In this document: positions 39,572-51,680 of the stretch, one piece after another
How the letters are laid out: the number at the start of each line of letters is the position of its first letter
Numbering within the stretch: the stretch's first letter is position 1
Assembly: GCF_006345805.1 (NCBI RefSeq)
Contig: NC_043005.1
Location: 37,200,001-37,264,000 of the forward strand
Length of the DNA: 64,000 nt
Direction of reading: 5' to 3'
Source of the DNA: Octopus sinensis
Taxonomy: Eukaryota
Program-made: the position numbers and the translations under genes
Notes under the pieces: model-generated
Databases searched by the model: none
Seen by the model: only the letters and a program-made list of their open reading frames with translations
Told to the model about the DNA's origin: nothing

Positions 39572-40269
39572 ATAAGTATCTTCCTTTGTATCTATCCCTC
39601 AACTGTCCCCCTCTCTCTTCCTTATCTTTCCCTTACTTTGTTTATAAGTCACTTCCTCTCACTACTCATCCTCATCCCCCTCTTACTTCTCTCCTCTTTC
39701 TTCCATTCACTACTTCTATCCATGCCTTTACCTCTCCCCACCTTATTTTCTTACTCTATCACATTTTCTCTCTTGTACACATGCTCACCTCTCTACTCCC
39801 TTTCTCATCGCCATTCTTTCACACACTACCTAATTCACACACACATACAGTGAGTATAATGAATTTTAATCAACAATGAACTCTTCACTTATTAACACTA
39901 AAAATGTTAATTGATTCAAGCTATAGATAAAAGAGAAAGCAGACAAACGTGGTGAATTTTATTCAGTCATTATTCACATGATGATATTTTGTTTAATAAA
40001 GAAGAAAAGAAAAGCATTTTCAAGCAATTATCTTTGAAAATTCTGTTAATTAACCAGATTTTATCTTGGCAAATTTAAAAAAAAAATTTCTCAAAATTAA
40101 AATTAAAATCTGCAATTTCTCTTTAATATTTACTTATTTTGTTTGCACTTTACTTATTTTCCTTTTTATTTTGTTTTTGTTTTATTTCTTTACGTTACTA
40201 ATTTTGCCTATCTTTATTTAGCAATAGAGCATTTTGTTGTACAAAAGTATTGGCATTTTATTGAGAGCT

Positions 40270-40620
40270 GATAGATGGATAGATAGCTGGCTGGCTGGCT
40301 GGATGGATGGACAGATGGATGGATGGATGGATTTAGAGAGATCGATAGAGAGGTAGATTCTGTGTGAGAGAGTTTTACATAGCTCGATGTAGTTAGATAC
40401 ATTTAGAGAGATGGGTTTTTAGATAGATATATTTACGTAGATATAATTAGTTAGATTTAGAAAGATAAATAGATATAGATATATATAGATTTAGATAGAT
40501 GGATAAATAGATATAGATATATAGATTTAGATAGATATACACAGATAGATATACACAGATAGATTTAGATAGATAAAATTAGAAGGGTTTAGATTGATAT
40601 AAAGAGAAGATTAGCTGGAT
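40270..40620. repeat. (GATA)/(GGAT)/(TAGA) degenerate tetranucleotide tract
   Basis: direct reading. Confidence 0.85.
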
Positions 40621-41679
40621 AGTAAGGCAGACCAATAAACAGTTAAGGTAGATGGGCATGTGTGTGTATGTGTGTGAAGACTGATAGAGAGATAACTATA
40701 GATAGATAAGTACATGGAGTGATATTTATACATGGAAAACGTTGACACTTGGAAGTTTTAGCCCAGCAGCTATCATCAGTGAGAAGTGATCAATTCTGTC
40801 TGATGATGGCTATTAAACCAAAACTTTGGAGCTAGTGTTAACCTTTTTCTTTGTAAAAATAAATATAAATTATATTCTGCCAATTGGAACTAAGTGATCC
40901 TTATATATATATATATATATATATATAATGTATGTGTGTGTGTGTGCATAAAAACAAGCATTAATAGATACATAAAGAATAAAAGATAAAGTGTGAAATC
41001 AGATTTTGAGAGAGAGAAAGGGGAGAATGAAAGTGTAGTGCAAAGATAGATGGAATGGAATTGGTAAATGGTGAATGAGATGCATATAAATATTCTTTTC
41101 TTTCCTTCATTGTTTCTCTCTCTAACTCCTCCCCTCCCCTTCACTTCATACACATTAATTTTAATTTAACATTTATATCATAATTATATCAAAACATGTA
41201 GTGATCAGAAAAATAAGTCTGTTGATTGTATTATTTCATTTTTAGCTTTCTTTCTCTCAATTCTTTTGTTGAATTAGTAGGAAACAAATTAAACAAGAAC
41301 TACGAAAGACTTGATAATAATGGTAATAAAACTGATAGCATAATTACCATCACCCTTAATTACTGTATTACAGACATGAAACTTTGCAGTTTGCTTTTAA
41401 ATAGAGACTTATTTTTAGATTATATGTGTCTGCATTTGAACTTCTCCATTCCCCATACCTTTGTATTCCATGTTTTGTTGCACAAGAGATGCAATCAATA
41501 ATATACTAATGCTGAGCTGTCTAGGTGGACCTCCAATGTATGAGGTAAGCAGAAGTCTTCTTTCTTCATTCAAATCTACTCACCTCATAACTTGAGGCTA
41601 CACCCTGACACCTCATCGCCACAGTTCTTTTAGTTTCTCTTTCCAGCTCCCCATCCCCACTTCACCTTAGTAGCACAGC

Positions 41680-41980
41680 AACTTGGGCAAGAGTCTTCTA
41701 CTATTGCCCTGGGATGAGCAATACCTTATGAGTAAATTTTGTAGATGGAAACTGTGTGGAAGTCTATCATATGTGTATGTGTGCATTTGAATTTATCCCT
41801 CTTCAGCTATTTGGAAACTGCTGTTGGTTTGTTTACATTCTTGTAACTTCAGTGCAGCAAAAGAACTAAAAGTATAAGTACCAGGCTTAAAATACATACT
41901 GGGACTAATTTCTTCAACTAAACTTCTGAAAGCAGTATCTCAACATAGCCACAGTCCTATGATGGGAACAAGTGAAAAGG
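41680..41980 (+). mobile_element. SINE family A (5'-truncated)
   Basis: cttgggcaagagtcttctactattgcc...gtagatggaaact...ataagtaccaggct. Confidence 0.75.
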
Positions 41981-41990
41981 CCTGCATGTA

Positions 41991-42538
41991 CAGGGTTACT
42001 CAAAAGAACGTACTAATTTCATTACGCCATATTTTAATAAGGAGAAGCAATAGAAAACTCCAGCTAAGTCACAAGTATTTACTCACAATCAACTTTTTTT
42101 CCCTGTCTTACAAGTGTTCAATGTGGCCAGTACCTGCAGCACAGCCAACATTGATGCAATAAGAGATTTCCTCTCAGACGCATATCAGCATATCACGATC
42201 CACTGAGCTGATCATTGTTGTTATTTGATGTTTAAGGTGTGGCTGCCATTCAGAACTTAGAAAACTCCACCACTAACCTCGATGAGCTTAAACATCAAAT
42301 AACAACAGCAATCAACTCAGTGGATTGTGATATGCTGATACACGTCTGGGCGGAATTCTTTTATCGCATTGATGTTGCCCATGCTGCAGGTGGTGGCCGC
42401 ATTGAACACTTGTAAGACAGGAATAAAAAAGTTGATTGTGAGTAAATACTTGTGACTTAGCTGGAGTTTTCTGTTGCTTTTCCTTAGTAAAATATTGCAT
42501 AATGAAATCAGTTCATTCTTTTATTTTGAATAACCCTG
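41991..42538. mobile_element. Tc1/mariner-superfamily fold-back MITE made of two transposase 3' ends
   Basis: TA+cagggtt ... aaccctg; arms 41991-42236 and 42287-42538; 42272-42415 (+) encodes TNLDELKHQITTAINSVDCDMLIHVWAEFFYRIDVAHAAGGGRIEHL*. Confidence 0.88.
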
Positions 42539-42689
42539 AATAACATGATATGGTGGTAGTCTTTCATTGTCTGAGAAAGATGCTTCTGCAATTTCTTGAA
42601 CAATATACACAAATGATTTGCTTATAGGGATTACGTGTTTGTGCCTTAGATTAGCTCACTCACTCTATGAAATCAATGTTGCCTAAACA

Positions 42690-42835
42690 ATGCAGGGTGT
42701 CCCACATGTCAGGTTGCAGCGTGAAATGAAGTGTTTTGTTTAAGAACTCAATGCACCACCTGGTCCAAGATTTGAAACCGCAATCTTGCAATTTTGAGTG
42801 AAACACCCTAATCACTTGACCATGTGCCTTCACCT
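42690..42835 (-). mobile_element. tRNA-derived SINE, family D (head)
   Basis: gcagcgtgaaatgaagtgttttg...gatttgaaaccgcaatc...accctaatcacttgaccatgtgcc; related copies at 45825-46060 (+), 55030-55260 (-) and 63455-63600 (+). Confidence 0.7.
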
Positions 42836-43649
42836 GCATATATATATATATGGGTAGATGAATATTCAGCCTTGACTGACAGAAGCCTCTCATTCATTTA
42901 AATAAATAACATATTTCAACAACTTTAATATTCAATTTTCCAGGATTTTCCCTATGAAGAATAAAAAGAAAAAGACCATTTTGCTTCAGGATTAGCAACA
43001 AATATAATCTTACTCTTTTATTCTATTCTGCAATCTTTTTTCGAGTTGTCTGGCTAATACATTGAGCAGTTAGTCATTCGTGTATTAATTTCTTCTTTTC
43101 CATTTTGTTTGAAAGAGATATGAAAGGCAATAATTACCTGCATTTTATTTTTACATTTTTTTAGTTGTTATTGTTTTATATTGAAAGTGCCTAAGCCAGA
43201 CACTATATATATACATATATTACATCGTCCAGTAAAAGTACTATGTGTTCCAGAATACAAGTGTATTCCTCAAGTATGGATAAAATGTCTCACTAACATA
43301 TAATACTGAAATCAATTAAATCAGTTGTAGCTTTTCTCTTATTGAGATTTTTTTCTTCATATTGAAATAAACTTATTTCTCACTCAGCATTATTAGATAT
43401 GAAATCTGTTCTCTGACTAATCTTTTGTCACTAACATCTTCCTAAAGTTATTAACATTTTTTTTTTTGTATAGGTTATTGCACTACTTCTACCAAAATAA
43501 ATTGTTTTAGCTGAATATCAAATTTACATCGCAGAATTCCTTCAAGAACTTTCTACTAGTAACCTACATTATTTACTTTATTAATGGCTAAATCTTTATC
43601 AATCAATTTTACATAAAATTTGTGATATACCACAGAAAATATGGTTAGC

Positions 43650-44037
43650 AAGCAACAAAAAAAAAAAATAGTACAACACACATGAATTTTGGAAACATGT
43701 TCATCATGCTTAGCATTGCCGAACCATGAAATAACCTACCAGTGTCTGCTGTTACCTGTCAAGACACTGTATCCTTCAAAAATGCTGTGCTTCCTGAAAT
43801 TCACCATCACTGGTCCTGATAAGCATAGACACCCATTCCTCTTTAGGACTCTTTTACTTTTCACTTTTTCTGTTGTTTATGTTTTGTCCAGTGAACTCTG
43901 CACACACTTTTGACTTTTGTTGTGGTCTTTCTTTACTTGATTTATTGCTGCTTTCTGTCCCTGTTTTCAAGTGAATTGTAGTGCACCTGAGTACTGTATA
44001 CAATAAGCTCATTATTATTATCATTGTTGTTATTATT
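43650..44037 (+). mobile_element. CR1-type LINE 3' end
   Basis: *NNLPVSAVTCQDTVSFKNAVLPEI (WN.LP..VV....SFK motif); UTR ends gcacctgagtactgtatacaat + (att)n. Confidence 0.65.
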
Positions 44038-44047
44038 TAGACTGTTT

Positions 44048-44530
44048 AAGGCAGTAGCTGATAGAATTGTTACTGCTTCAGACAAAATGGTTGGTGGCAT
44101 TTTTTTCGACTTTACAGTCTGAGTTCAAATTCTGCTGGGGTTGACTTGGTCTTTCATCCTTTCACAGTCAATAAAATAAGAGTTGCTGAAGTATGGAACA
44201 AACTGCTGGTATCAGTTGTTAGTTGTCAGTGCACTGCATCCTTCAAAACTTCCATGCTTCCTGAGATTTGCCAATACTACACCTGATTTTCTCTCCTCCA
44301 TACACACACAAGCATGTATCTGACTCATACAATGTTCACTTTCCAGATATTTGTATATTACTGCATATGCTTTATACGCACTTTTGACATGTTGTGGTGC
44401 ACCTGAGCACTGTATACAATAATTTCATTATTATTATATAAGTACCAGTTCAGCTCTGGGGTCAATGTAATTGACTTGCATCCTCCTCAACAATTATTGC
44501 CCTGGTGCCAAAATTTGAAACAATTATTAT
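44048..44530 (+). mobile_element. SINE family B interrupted by a CR1 3' end
   Basis: SINE breaks at aataaaataag (44180) and resumes at ataagtaccag (44438). Confidence 0.75.
44181..44437 (+). mobile_element. CR1-type LINE 3' end with ATAAG target duplication
   Basis: AEVWNKLLVSVVSCQCTASFKTSMLPEICQYYT*; same terminus as 43650-44037; ATAAG at 44176-44180 and 44438-44442. Confidence 0.75.
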
Positions 44531-45192
44531 TGAGGTTGTGAGCTAGCTGAATCATTAGCATGTTGGCTAAGATACGTAGCAGCATTTTTTCTGGCTCTTT
44601 ATGTTCTGTGTTCAAATGTTGCTGAGATTAGCTTTGCCCTTCATTCTTTCAAGATTGGCAGATTAAAGTACCAAGCTGTAATCAACTAATGGTTCCTCAG
44701 CTGGTTGTAGCTATTACAAGAAGCATAATCATTTCCTTATAATATTTGGCAGGATTAAAAATTTGAATTTGAAATTATGGGGATTATAAAGGAAAAAAAA
44801 TTGATGGAATTCACATATTATTTTTAATTTATATATTGTTTTATTATAATTTATTTGTTACTTATTATGAATTTTGTAAATCTATTACAAAATTTAAAAA
44901 AACCTCTCCTGAACCAGAAATACAAAAACGAAAAACACTACAATACCTTTACTTCTTTATTTCTTCAGGAACCAATAATTTCTTGTATGTAGGTTCCTTC
45001 CTTGGAAGGATGTATTAGGAAAGATTATTCACCTTATTATAGAGTTGCACCTCATTTTACACTTGAAACAAATTTTCAGTTTTAGTGATTAAATAAAATT
45101 TCTAATTTATTGGGGAAGCCAATGTTTACTTAACATATGTATGTATATGTGTTTTGTATAGTTGTAATATGTTTGTATGAGTGCATACATTG

Positions 45193-45275
45193 TATGTATG
45201 TATGTATGTATGTATGTATGTATGTATGTATGTATGTATGTATGTATGTATGTATGTATGTATGGATGGATGGAT
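45193..45275. repeat. (TATG)n followed by (GATG)n
   Basis: direct reading. Confidence 0.95.
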
Positions 45276-45550
45276 GCAATCATGCAAGCAAGTGAAGTTG
45301 CAGGTGTTACATTAGGGTTTTCTTCAAGAGAAACATCTAAACATAACTAGGAGGTCTCTGACTCCCAGCTGTTGGATGGCTTTTGACTCTACAAAGAATG
45401 TTCTTTGACAGGTTTTGCCTCTCATCCTGCAGGGTGTCCAATGAAATCCACCCTCCTTGGTAGGGTTGCTGGCTTAATCCCTGACAACTCAACTATGCAA
45501 CAGGTTATGTTGGGTTATATGCTACTAGTAGCGCTAAGTGTGATCTGACA

Positions 45551-45810
45551 TATGATAAGTTATCTCAGAGTAAAATACCTTCACACAAACTGAAATTAAG
45601 GTATAAGGCCTGCATCAAAAATACACTGGAGAAGGTTGAATTCTTGGAAAATAGATGTGAAAACCTTGCTCTAGATCATTCATCAAGAAAAAAAGCAGAA
45701 CATGATGGGAAGATGGAATTTGAATGAAATCAGATAGAGCGTGAGCAGTTCAAGAAAGATGTACTATTTGCAGTTTGTTTCAGTATGTTGCTGCACAGCT
45801 CAATTTAATG
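45551..45810 (+). pseudogene. RTE/BovB-like ORF C-terminal remnant
   Basis: YDKLSQSKIPSHKLKLRYKACIKNTL...CENLALDHSS resembles YGEL..GKR...KPKLRYKDC.K..L...WE.LA.DRS. Confidence 0.6.
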
Positions 45811-46290
45811 TGTATATGTGTGTGTGTGTGGCTTAATGGTTCGGGTGTTGCACCTATGAATCATATGATAGTAGTTTTGATTCCAGGACTGGGCGATGTG
45901 TCATGTTCTTGACCAAAACATTTCATTTCAAATTACTGCAGTCCACTCAGTTGGCAAAAGTGAGCAATCCTGTAACAGACCAGAGTCTTATCTAGTTTGG
46001 AAATATTTACAACACTAACCCCAGGAAACCTCATAGCCTTATGAGCCTATGGCTTGGGAAGGACTTTGATATTTTTTTTGTGCTACATACATATGAAAGT
46101 GTGTGTGTGCACTAGTTTGAGTGAATGATCATTGTTCTGCACTTAGCAACAAATAATAAATTTTGTTGACAATTCTCTGTCTACTGGAAATTGTCTACTA
46201 GCTCCTAGCTTGCAGAAAAGTTGGTAAGTGCTAATGACTAGAAGAATATGAGTCTGCAAAAGAATGCTTCAATAACATGCATTTGTGTTT

Positions 46291-46635
46291 AAGTGGCTCT
46301 CAACTGAGGTCCATATGACTCCTAGTGGTCCATATAAGATTTTTGGGGGTTCATGCCAGAAAAATAGTAAATTTTGAGGACCCACAATAATATATTAATG
46401 GGGTCACAAAAAAAAAGATTTTGCCTTAGATGTATTTTATTGTAAGAAACAGCTAGATTTCTTTCTTGAATGTTTTACATAGTTCAACTTGCACAAGTTA
46501 ATGTGTGGAAAACAAAACATGGAATTTTGAAAGAAGTTTCTATAAAACTGGTTTTTAAACATAGGATAAGTGTGGAGATCCATCAAAATACAATAGTAAT
46601 CAAAGGGGTCCATAAATAAAAGATGACTGAGAACC
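46291..46635. mobile_element. hAT (Charlie/Buster-type) MITE, decayed
   Basis: agtggctctcaac ... gactgagaacc approximate CAGTGGTTCTCAAC TIRs; repeated subterminal ggtccat motifs. Confidence 0.6.
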
Positions 46636-47960
46636 TTAGAATGATGAATCAGATTAAAACAAATGAGTGAATAAAGTTAGATTGTACTCTCGGTTTAATC
46701 CAATCTGCTTTTTACTCAGATGTGACCTCTTTATCAAGAAACTGGCTTAAGAGTAATTTTTGTTGAATAGCAATCTCTTACCATGTTTCTCCTGGAAATA
46801 TTCCATCAATATATATATGTGTGTGTGTGTGTATCTTTATGTGGTGCTCTTGTTCTTGAAAATCATACCTGAAGATTACATTATCAAAAGAAGTATAGGT
46901 ACAGACGTATGCACATTTATTGCAAAAACCAATAAAATTATTGTTATATACTTAAACAAAGTCCACCACTCTGTTTCGTAGGATCATATGCACGTGCACA
47001 TACACTCTTGCATTAAGTGAAGATGTAAGAAAACTAAGAACAAAGGGAAGTAATATCGTGAATTTTAGATAAATCTAACATAAATCTCTGGATAATATTC
47101 ACACATATAAATATTAATTTATTAGCTGTTAACTGATTTTCAATATCATAACTTTATGCTTTTAATATCAGAGCCATTAGTGATCTCTGCACTATTGAAT
47201 ACAGTTAGGACTCTACCATGCTACCATAAGTGAAATCACACACACACACTTGTATGTGTGTGTGTATGAGTATATATCTTTTGTGTGTATGCTTTTATAC
47301 TAAATATTAATATTTTGTTTGAGGATTCCATTGCTATTCTCATATCCATATATTTAGTTATATCAATATAACTGCACTTACAAATAATATCTGTTATATA
47401 TGAAGATGTTCATGTTATAATATATGCATGTAAAATTACTTCATTTTGTCATTTTAGTGGTTTTCAGTGGTTTCACTCACAAGACTGTAACCATTCTGAG
47501 GCACCACCTTGAATGGTTTAGTTTAAAATTATGACCCTAGTATCTATTTCAGTCTGCTTCATATTTTGTCTACTTGTTGCATTGGTAAATTTCAAGACTT
47601 AAAAGATTATTTCTTCTAGACTGGTGTCATTTGAACTCTCTCTTTCACACACACAAACACACACACATATATGATATATGTACTCATATGCATTTTTATA
47701 TATATATACATACATACACACATATAAACACATAAACTGAATGCAAACACACTTAATCTGTTATCAGTTGTTGACAGAATATCGCAGTTTTGATACCTTC
47801 AGGCAGTGCTGTTGAACTTGGTAGTTTCTGCAACAAAAGCTACTAAGTTATTAACAAGTAGACTCAATTGACATACAAGACCAGAAAATGCTGGAAAAAA
47901 AAAAAAAAAGCTTGCATGCATGCACGCACACAAAATGTTTTGTATAATATATGGATTCAG

Positions 47961-48028
47961 AGAATTGTGTGACTATCACAGAAAACTTCTGTAATGGACT
48001 TGGCTATCAGACAACAAAGTAACCCAAT
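47961..48028 (+). other. Frizzled-CRD-like peptide fragment (candidate exon or pseudo-exon)
   Basis: CVTITENFCNGLGYQTTK*PN has the spacing C-x2-I-x4-C-x3-GY-x2-T-x2-PN; follows a CAG in phase 1; contains an in-frame TAA. Confidence 0.25.
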
Positions 48029-48441
48029 GCAGAGAAGTGTAATGCTGAGTGTCCATGCAGCTGAATCCAGAAAATCCAATCAATGAAATTATTTCATGAG
48101 GATAAAGCATTATAAGTACAAGAGATGAACATATTTCTTGAAACACTCGACGGTCTTAGGATTATAGCCATTTCACAGCATTCTTTATAGAGAAGTAATT
48201 TTAGCGTGGAATAAATTATGTTTGCATGTTTGCGGTTTACAATGTATCCACAAATCAATGCAAATAAAGGTAGCTTGTCAGATCACCAAAACCTCATGGT
48301 TACACCAAAGACACAATTCTAAGTATACATACAAAATTTTCTTTTTATATATTATAATGTATGGAAACCTGAAATAATCTTGGTTTGATCAGGAAAAGAA
48401 AAATGTGTTGTTTTTTGTTAAAGAGATTTTGTATATATACA

Positions 48442-48610
48442 GGTGCAGGAGTGGCTGTGTGGTAAGTAGCTTGCTTACCAACCACATGGTTTCAGGTTCA
48501 GTCCCACTGTGTGACACCTTGGGCAAGTGTCTTCTACAATAGCTTTGGGCCAACCAAAGCCTTGTGAGTGGATTTGGTAGACAGAAACTGAAAGAAGCCC
48601 AACGTGTATG

Positions 48611-48645
<35 letters not shown>

Positions 48646-48858
48646 ATGGATATGTTTGTGTATCTGTGTTTGTTTCCCCAACATCACTTGACAACTGATG
48701 CTGGTGTATTTATGTCCATATAACTTAGTGCTTCGGCAAAAGAGACCAATAGAAAAGGTACTAGGCTTACAAAGAATAAGTCCTGGGGGCGATTTGCTTG
48801 ACAAAGGGCAGTGCTCCAGCATGGCCGCAGTCAAATGACTGGAGAAAAATAAAAGAAT
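48442..48858 (+). mobile_element. SINE family A, full length
   Basis: ggtgcaggagtggctgtgtggtaagtagc...ggttcagtccc...ggccgcagtcaaatgact. Confidence 0.92.
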
Positions 48859-49109
48859 ACTTAGTTGTATTGTTGATGTAACCATGATATTCTTGTGACC
48901 TGATGATCTATCTTTCTTTATTTGCACTGAATTTGTGAATATACAAAATATATAATGCATAGCATGCATATTAATGCAAACATGTAAACATGGTTTATTC
49001 CACACTGAAATTATTTCGACATGAGGAAGGCTGTGAAATCGCTTAAACCTAATGATGACAAGCGGTTAAATAAATATAATCATCTCTCATGTCTCCTGAC
49101 ATTTTATGG

Positions 49110-49141
<32 letters not shown>

Positions 49142-49507
49142 CATACACAAATGCAACTTTGCACAAATATTATACATATGCACATGCACATACACACATT
49201 TACGCACATGCATGCATCTGCACACACACACACACACGCACACATACACACACACATGCATGCACAGATGTATCTGTATCTCGGTGTGTGTGTTTCTGCA
49301 AGTGAGTTTGTGCTTCCCTTCATCTTTACTGGATGTAAACAAAAGGCTCATTCCACCAGTGTCATTTGATTGTTGTTTGATAGACAGTGGGACTATGATG
49401 TCCCTTGGAAACTGGAGGGTGTTATTATCAAGAAGGGTATCTGGCCATCTAAAGCTCTGTGTCCAACTTACTCTTGTCTGACCCAACATATGTGCATACA
49501 TGCACAT

Positions 49508-49975
49508 ACATGCTTTGCAATCCAGGGGTAGGAAATAGCAACCAATTTCCTGATGCACAAAAGGGACGAAGACACATGTAAAACACCAAATGTAATGTAG
49601 ACTTTGTGTAGGTAACCCTGAAGCTATCAACCACATCATAAACAGTTATTCAAATTTGTCATTGTGTTATTACCTAACGATGAAACATGATGTTATAGTC
49701 AAGACACTGCACAATGAAATCTATCAGAATAATTCTGAAGCAAAAGGCATGAGTATCCACCATGTTGTAGAGGCCATAACCACTCATAGTATGAAAGAGT
49801 ACTGGTGAAATATTCCAGTGAAGACTTCAATAAAATGCATATGCAATAGATCCAACATAGAGATTTGAGAGAGAAGAAAAACTATCTACAGTACCGGAAA
49901 TCAGTTGATTGGTGAGAAAGAAAATACCTACACTGAACTATTGAGAAATTTACGACTACCTACCTTGTGCGTATA
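49508..49975 (+). pseudogene. R4/Dong-type non-LTR element: zinc knuckle + restriction-like endonuclease remnant
   Basis: AIQG*EIATNFL; CRLCVGNPEAINHIINSY...MKHD; EYW*NIPVKTSIKCICNRSNI (compare C..C....E...HI...C, RHD, NRPDI). Confidence 0.7.
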
Positions 49976-50009
49976 GCAGAAAGGATTATCATTATTATTA
50001 TTATTAAAG

Positions 50010-50226
50010 TAATGCAGTGGGATGGTAGACCTGTTAGCATGCCAGCTGAAATGCATAGCAGTATTTTGTCTATCTTCATATTCTGAGTTCAAATTCCACT
50101 GCGGTTGGCTTTGCCTTTCATCCTTTCAGGGTTGATAAAATGAGTACCAGTCATGTACTGGGATCGATGTAATCAACTTAGCCCCTACTCCAAATTTCAG
50201 GCCTTGTGACTATAGTACAAAGAATT

Positions 50227-50260
<34 letters not shown>

Positions 50261-50465
50261 AAAAGTCAAGCTATCAGAATCATTAGCACACACTGGGCAA
50301 AATGCTTAGTGGCATTTCTTCCTATTGTATGTTCTGAGTTCAAATTCTACTAAGCTCATCCTTACCTTTCATCCTTTCAGGTTCAATAAAATAAGTACTA
50401 GTTGAACACTGGGGTTGATGTAATTAACTTACTCCCTTCAAAATATTTGGCTTTGCACCTATACT
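50010..50465 (+). mobile_element. two tandem SINE family B copies separated by (ATT)n
   Basis: ctgagttcaaattc and ctttcatcctttcagg occur in both 50010-50225 and 50262-50465. Confidence 0.8.
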
Positions 50466-51365
50466 ATTATTATTGTTATTATCATTATTCAGTAGTCTTA
50501 TTTTTATAATGTGCTTTCACTGTACTACCAAGTGCAGCTCTGTGTGCCTTGGGTATGTGCTGATGTTTGTTGTGATACTCTTATAGTTACTGTATTGAAA
50601 GTGTTTTACGTAGGATGTGTGCAGTACCTAGTAGTGCTATTTTCTGTATGTTATATATTTGTTAGTCCTGGTGTTTTTTGTTATGTATTTGTCTGAATAT
50701 TTTATCATCCCTAATGCACCTACTATGATATGAATTGTTTCTGTTTTTAGACTCCACATCCAAGTTATCTGTATTTCCAGGTCTTTGTATTTTGAAAGTG
50801 TTGATACCTATTATCTTGTTTTTCACATTGGGCTCTGTTTTCAGTATTAATCTAACTCACCTATAGTATTCTTTTTTTATTTTCTCTTTCAATTGTGTGT
50901 GTTGTATCATTCCAAGTTCATCGATTCCTGAATATGTGTATGTCTGGCTTTGGTCTAATTCTCTTCTTTCCTTTGCTTTATCTAGTGTGATGTTACTACT
51001 CTTAACTAGTTTCTCTCTTTTCAAGGTTGCTTTGACACATTTTTCTAAGCCAAATTTCGTATTTATTTCCTTGGTAAATCAATGTACTCTCTGTAGTAAT
51101 GTTTCCAGCTGTTTATCATTTGTAGCTTACAGTTTTAGGTCATCCATATATAAGAGGTGGCTGATTGTTTTGCTGTAACAGTTGTATCGGCATCCAGTTC
51201 TGTTTAGCATGTCAGATAAAGGTGTCAGTGCCAAGCAGAAAAGGAGTGGAGAGAGTGTGTCTCCCTGGAATATTCTTCTTCTAATGGGGATGGCTTTTGT
51301 TTTTATGAGTCCCTCTTTTGTTTGGAGCTGTAGCACTCTCTGCCATTTATTCATGGAATGTGTTA

Positions 51366-51370
<5 letters not shown>
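50465..51370 (-). mobile_element. R4/Dong-type LINE, 5'-truncated and internally deleted
   Basis: RT: IFQGDTLSPLLFCLAL...HLLYMDDLKL; later SKYKDLEIQI...IIVGALGMIK and QKIALLGTAHILRKTL; TAA-rich tail; (ATT)n on both flanks. Confidence 0.88.
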
Positions 51371-51443
<73 letters not shown>

Positions 51444-51451
51444 TTGGATAT

Positions 51452-51680
51452 TGGCAGTGAGCTGGTAGAATCATTAGTATGTTGGACAAAATGTTAACTG
51501 ACAGTTCTTCTGGATCTTCATGTTTGGAGTTCAAATTCCTCTGTGGTTGACTCTGCCTTTCTGCCTTTCCTGGTCAATAAAATAAGGTATCAGTCAAGTA
51601 TGAGTATCAATGTAATTGATAAATGCAACTCACCTCAAAAATGCTGGCTTTGCTCCAAAATCTGAAACATTATTATTATT
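51452..51680 (+). mobile_element. SINE family B
   Basis: ggcagtgagctggtagaatcattag...gagttcaaattcc...ggttgactctgcctttc. Confidence 0.78.

Noticed and set aside
39367-39573. Poly-Arg, protamine-like ORF
   Set aside because: It is the reverse strand of the (TTC)n microsatellite.
41540-41588. Hairpin with splice-donor-like words on both strands (atgaggtaagcaga / tctactcacctcat)
   Set aside because: Short, and overlaps sequence resembling a decayed SINE A; no convincing exon upstream.
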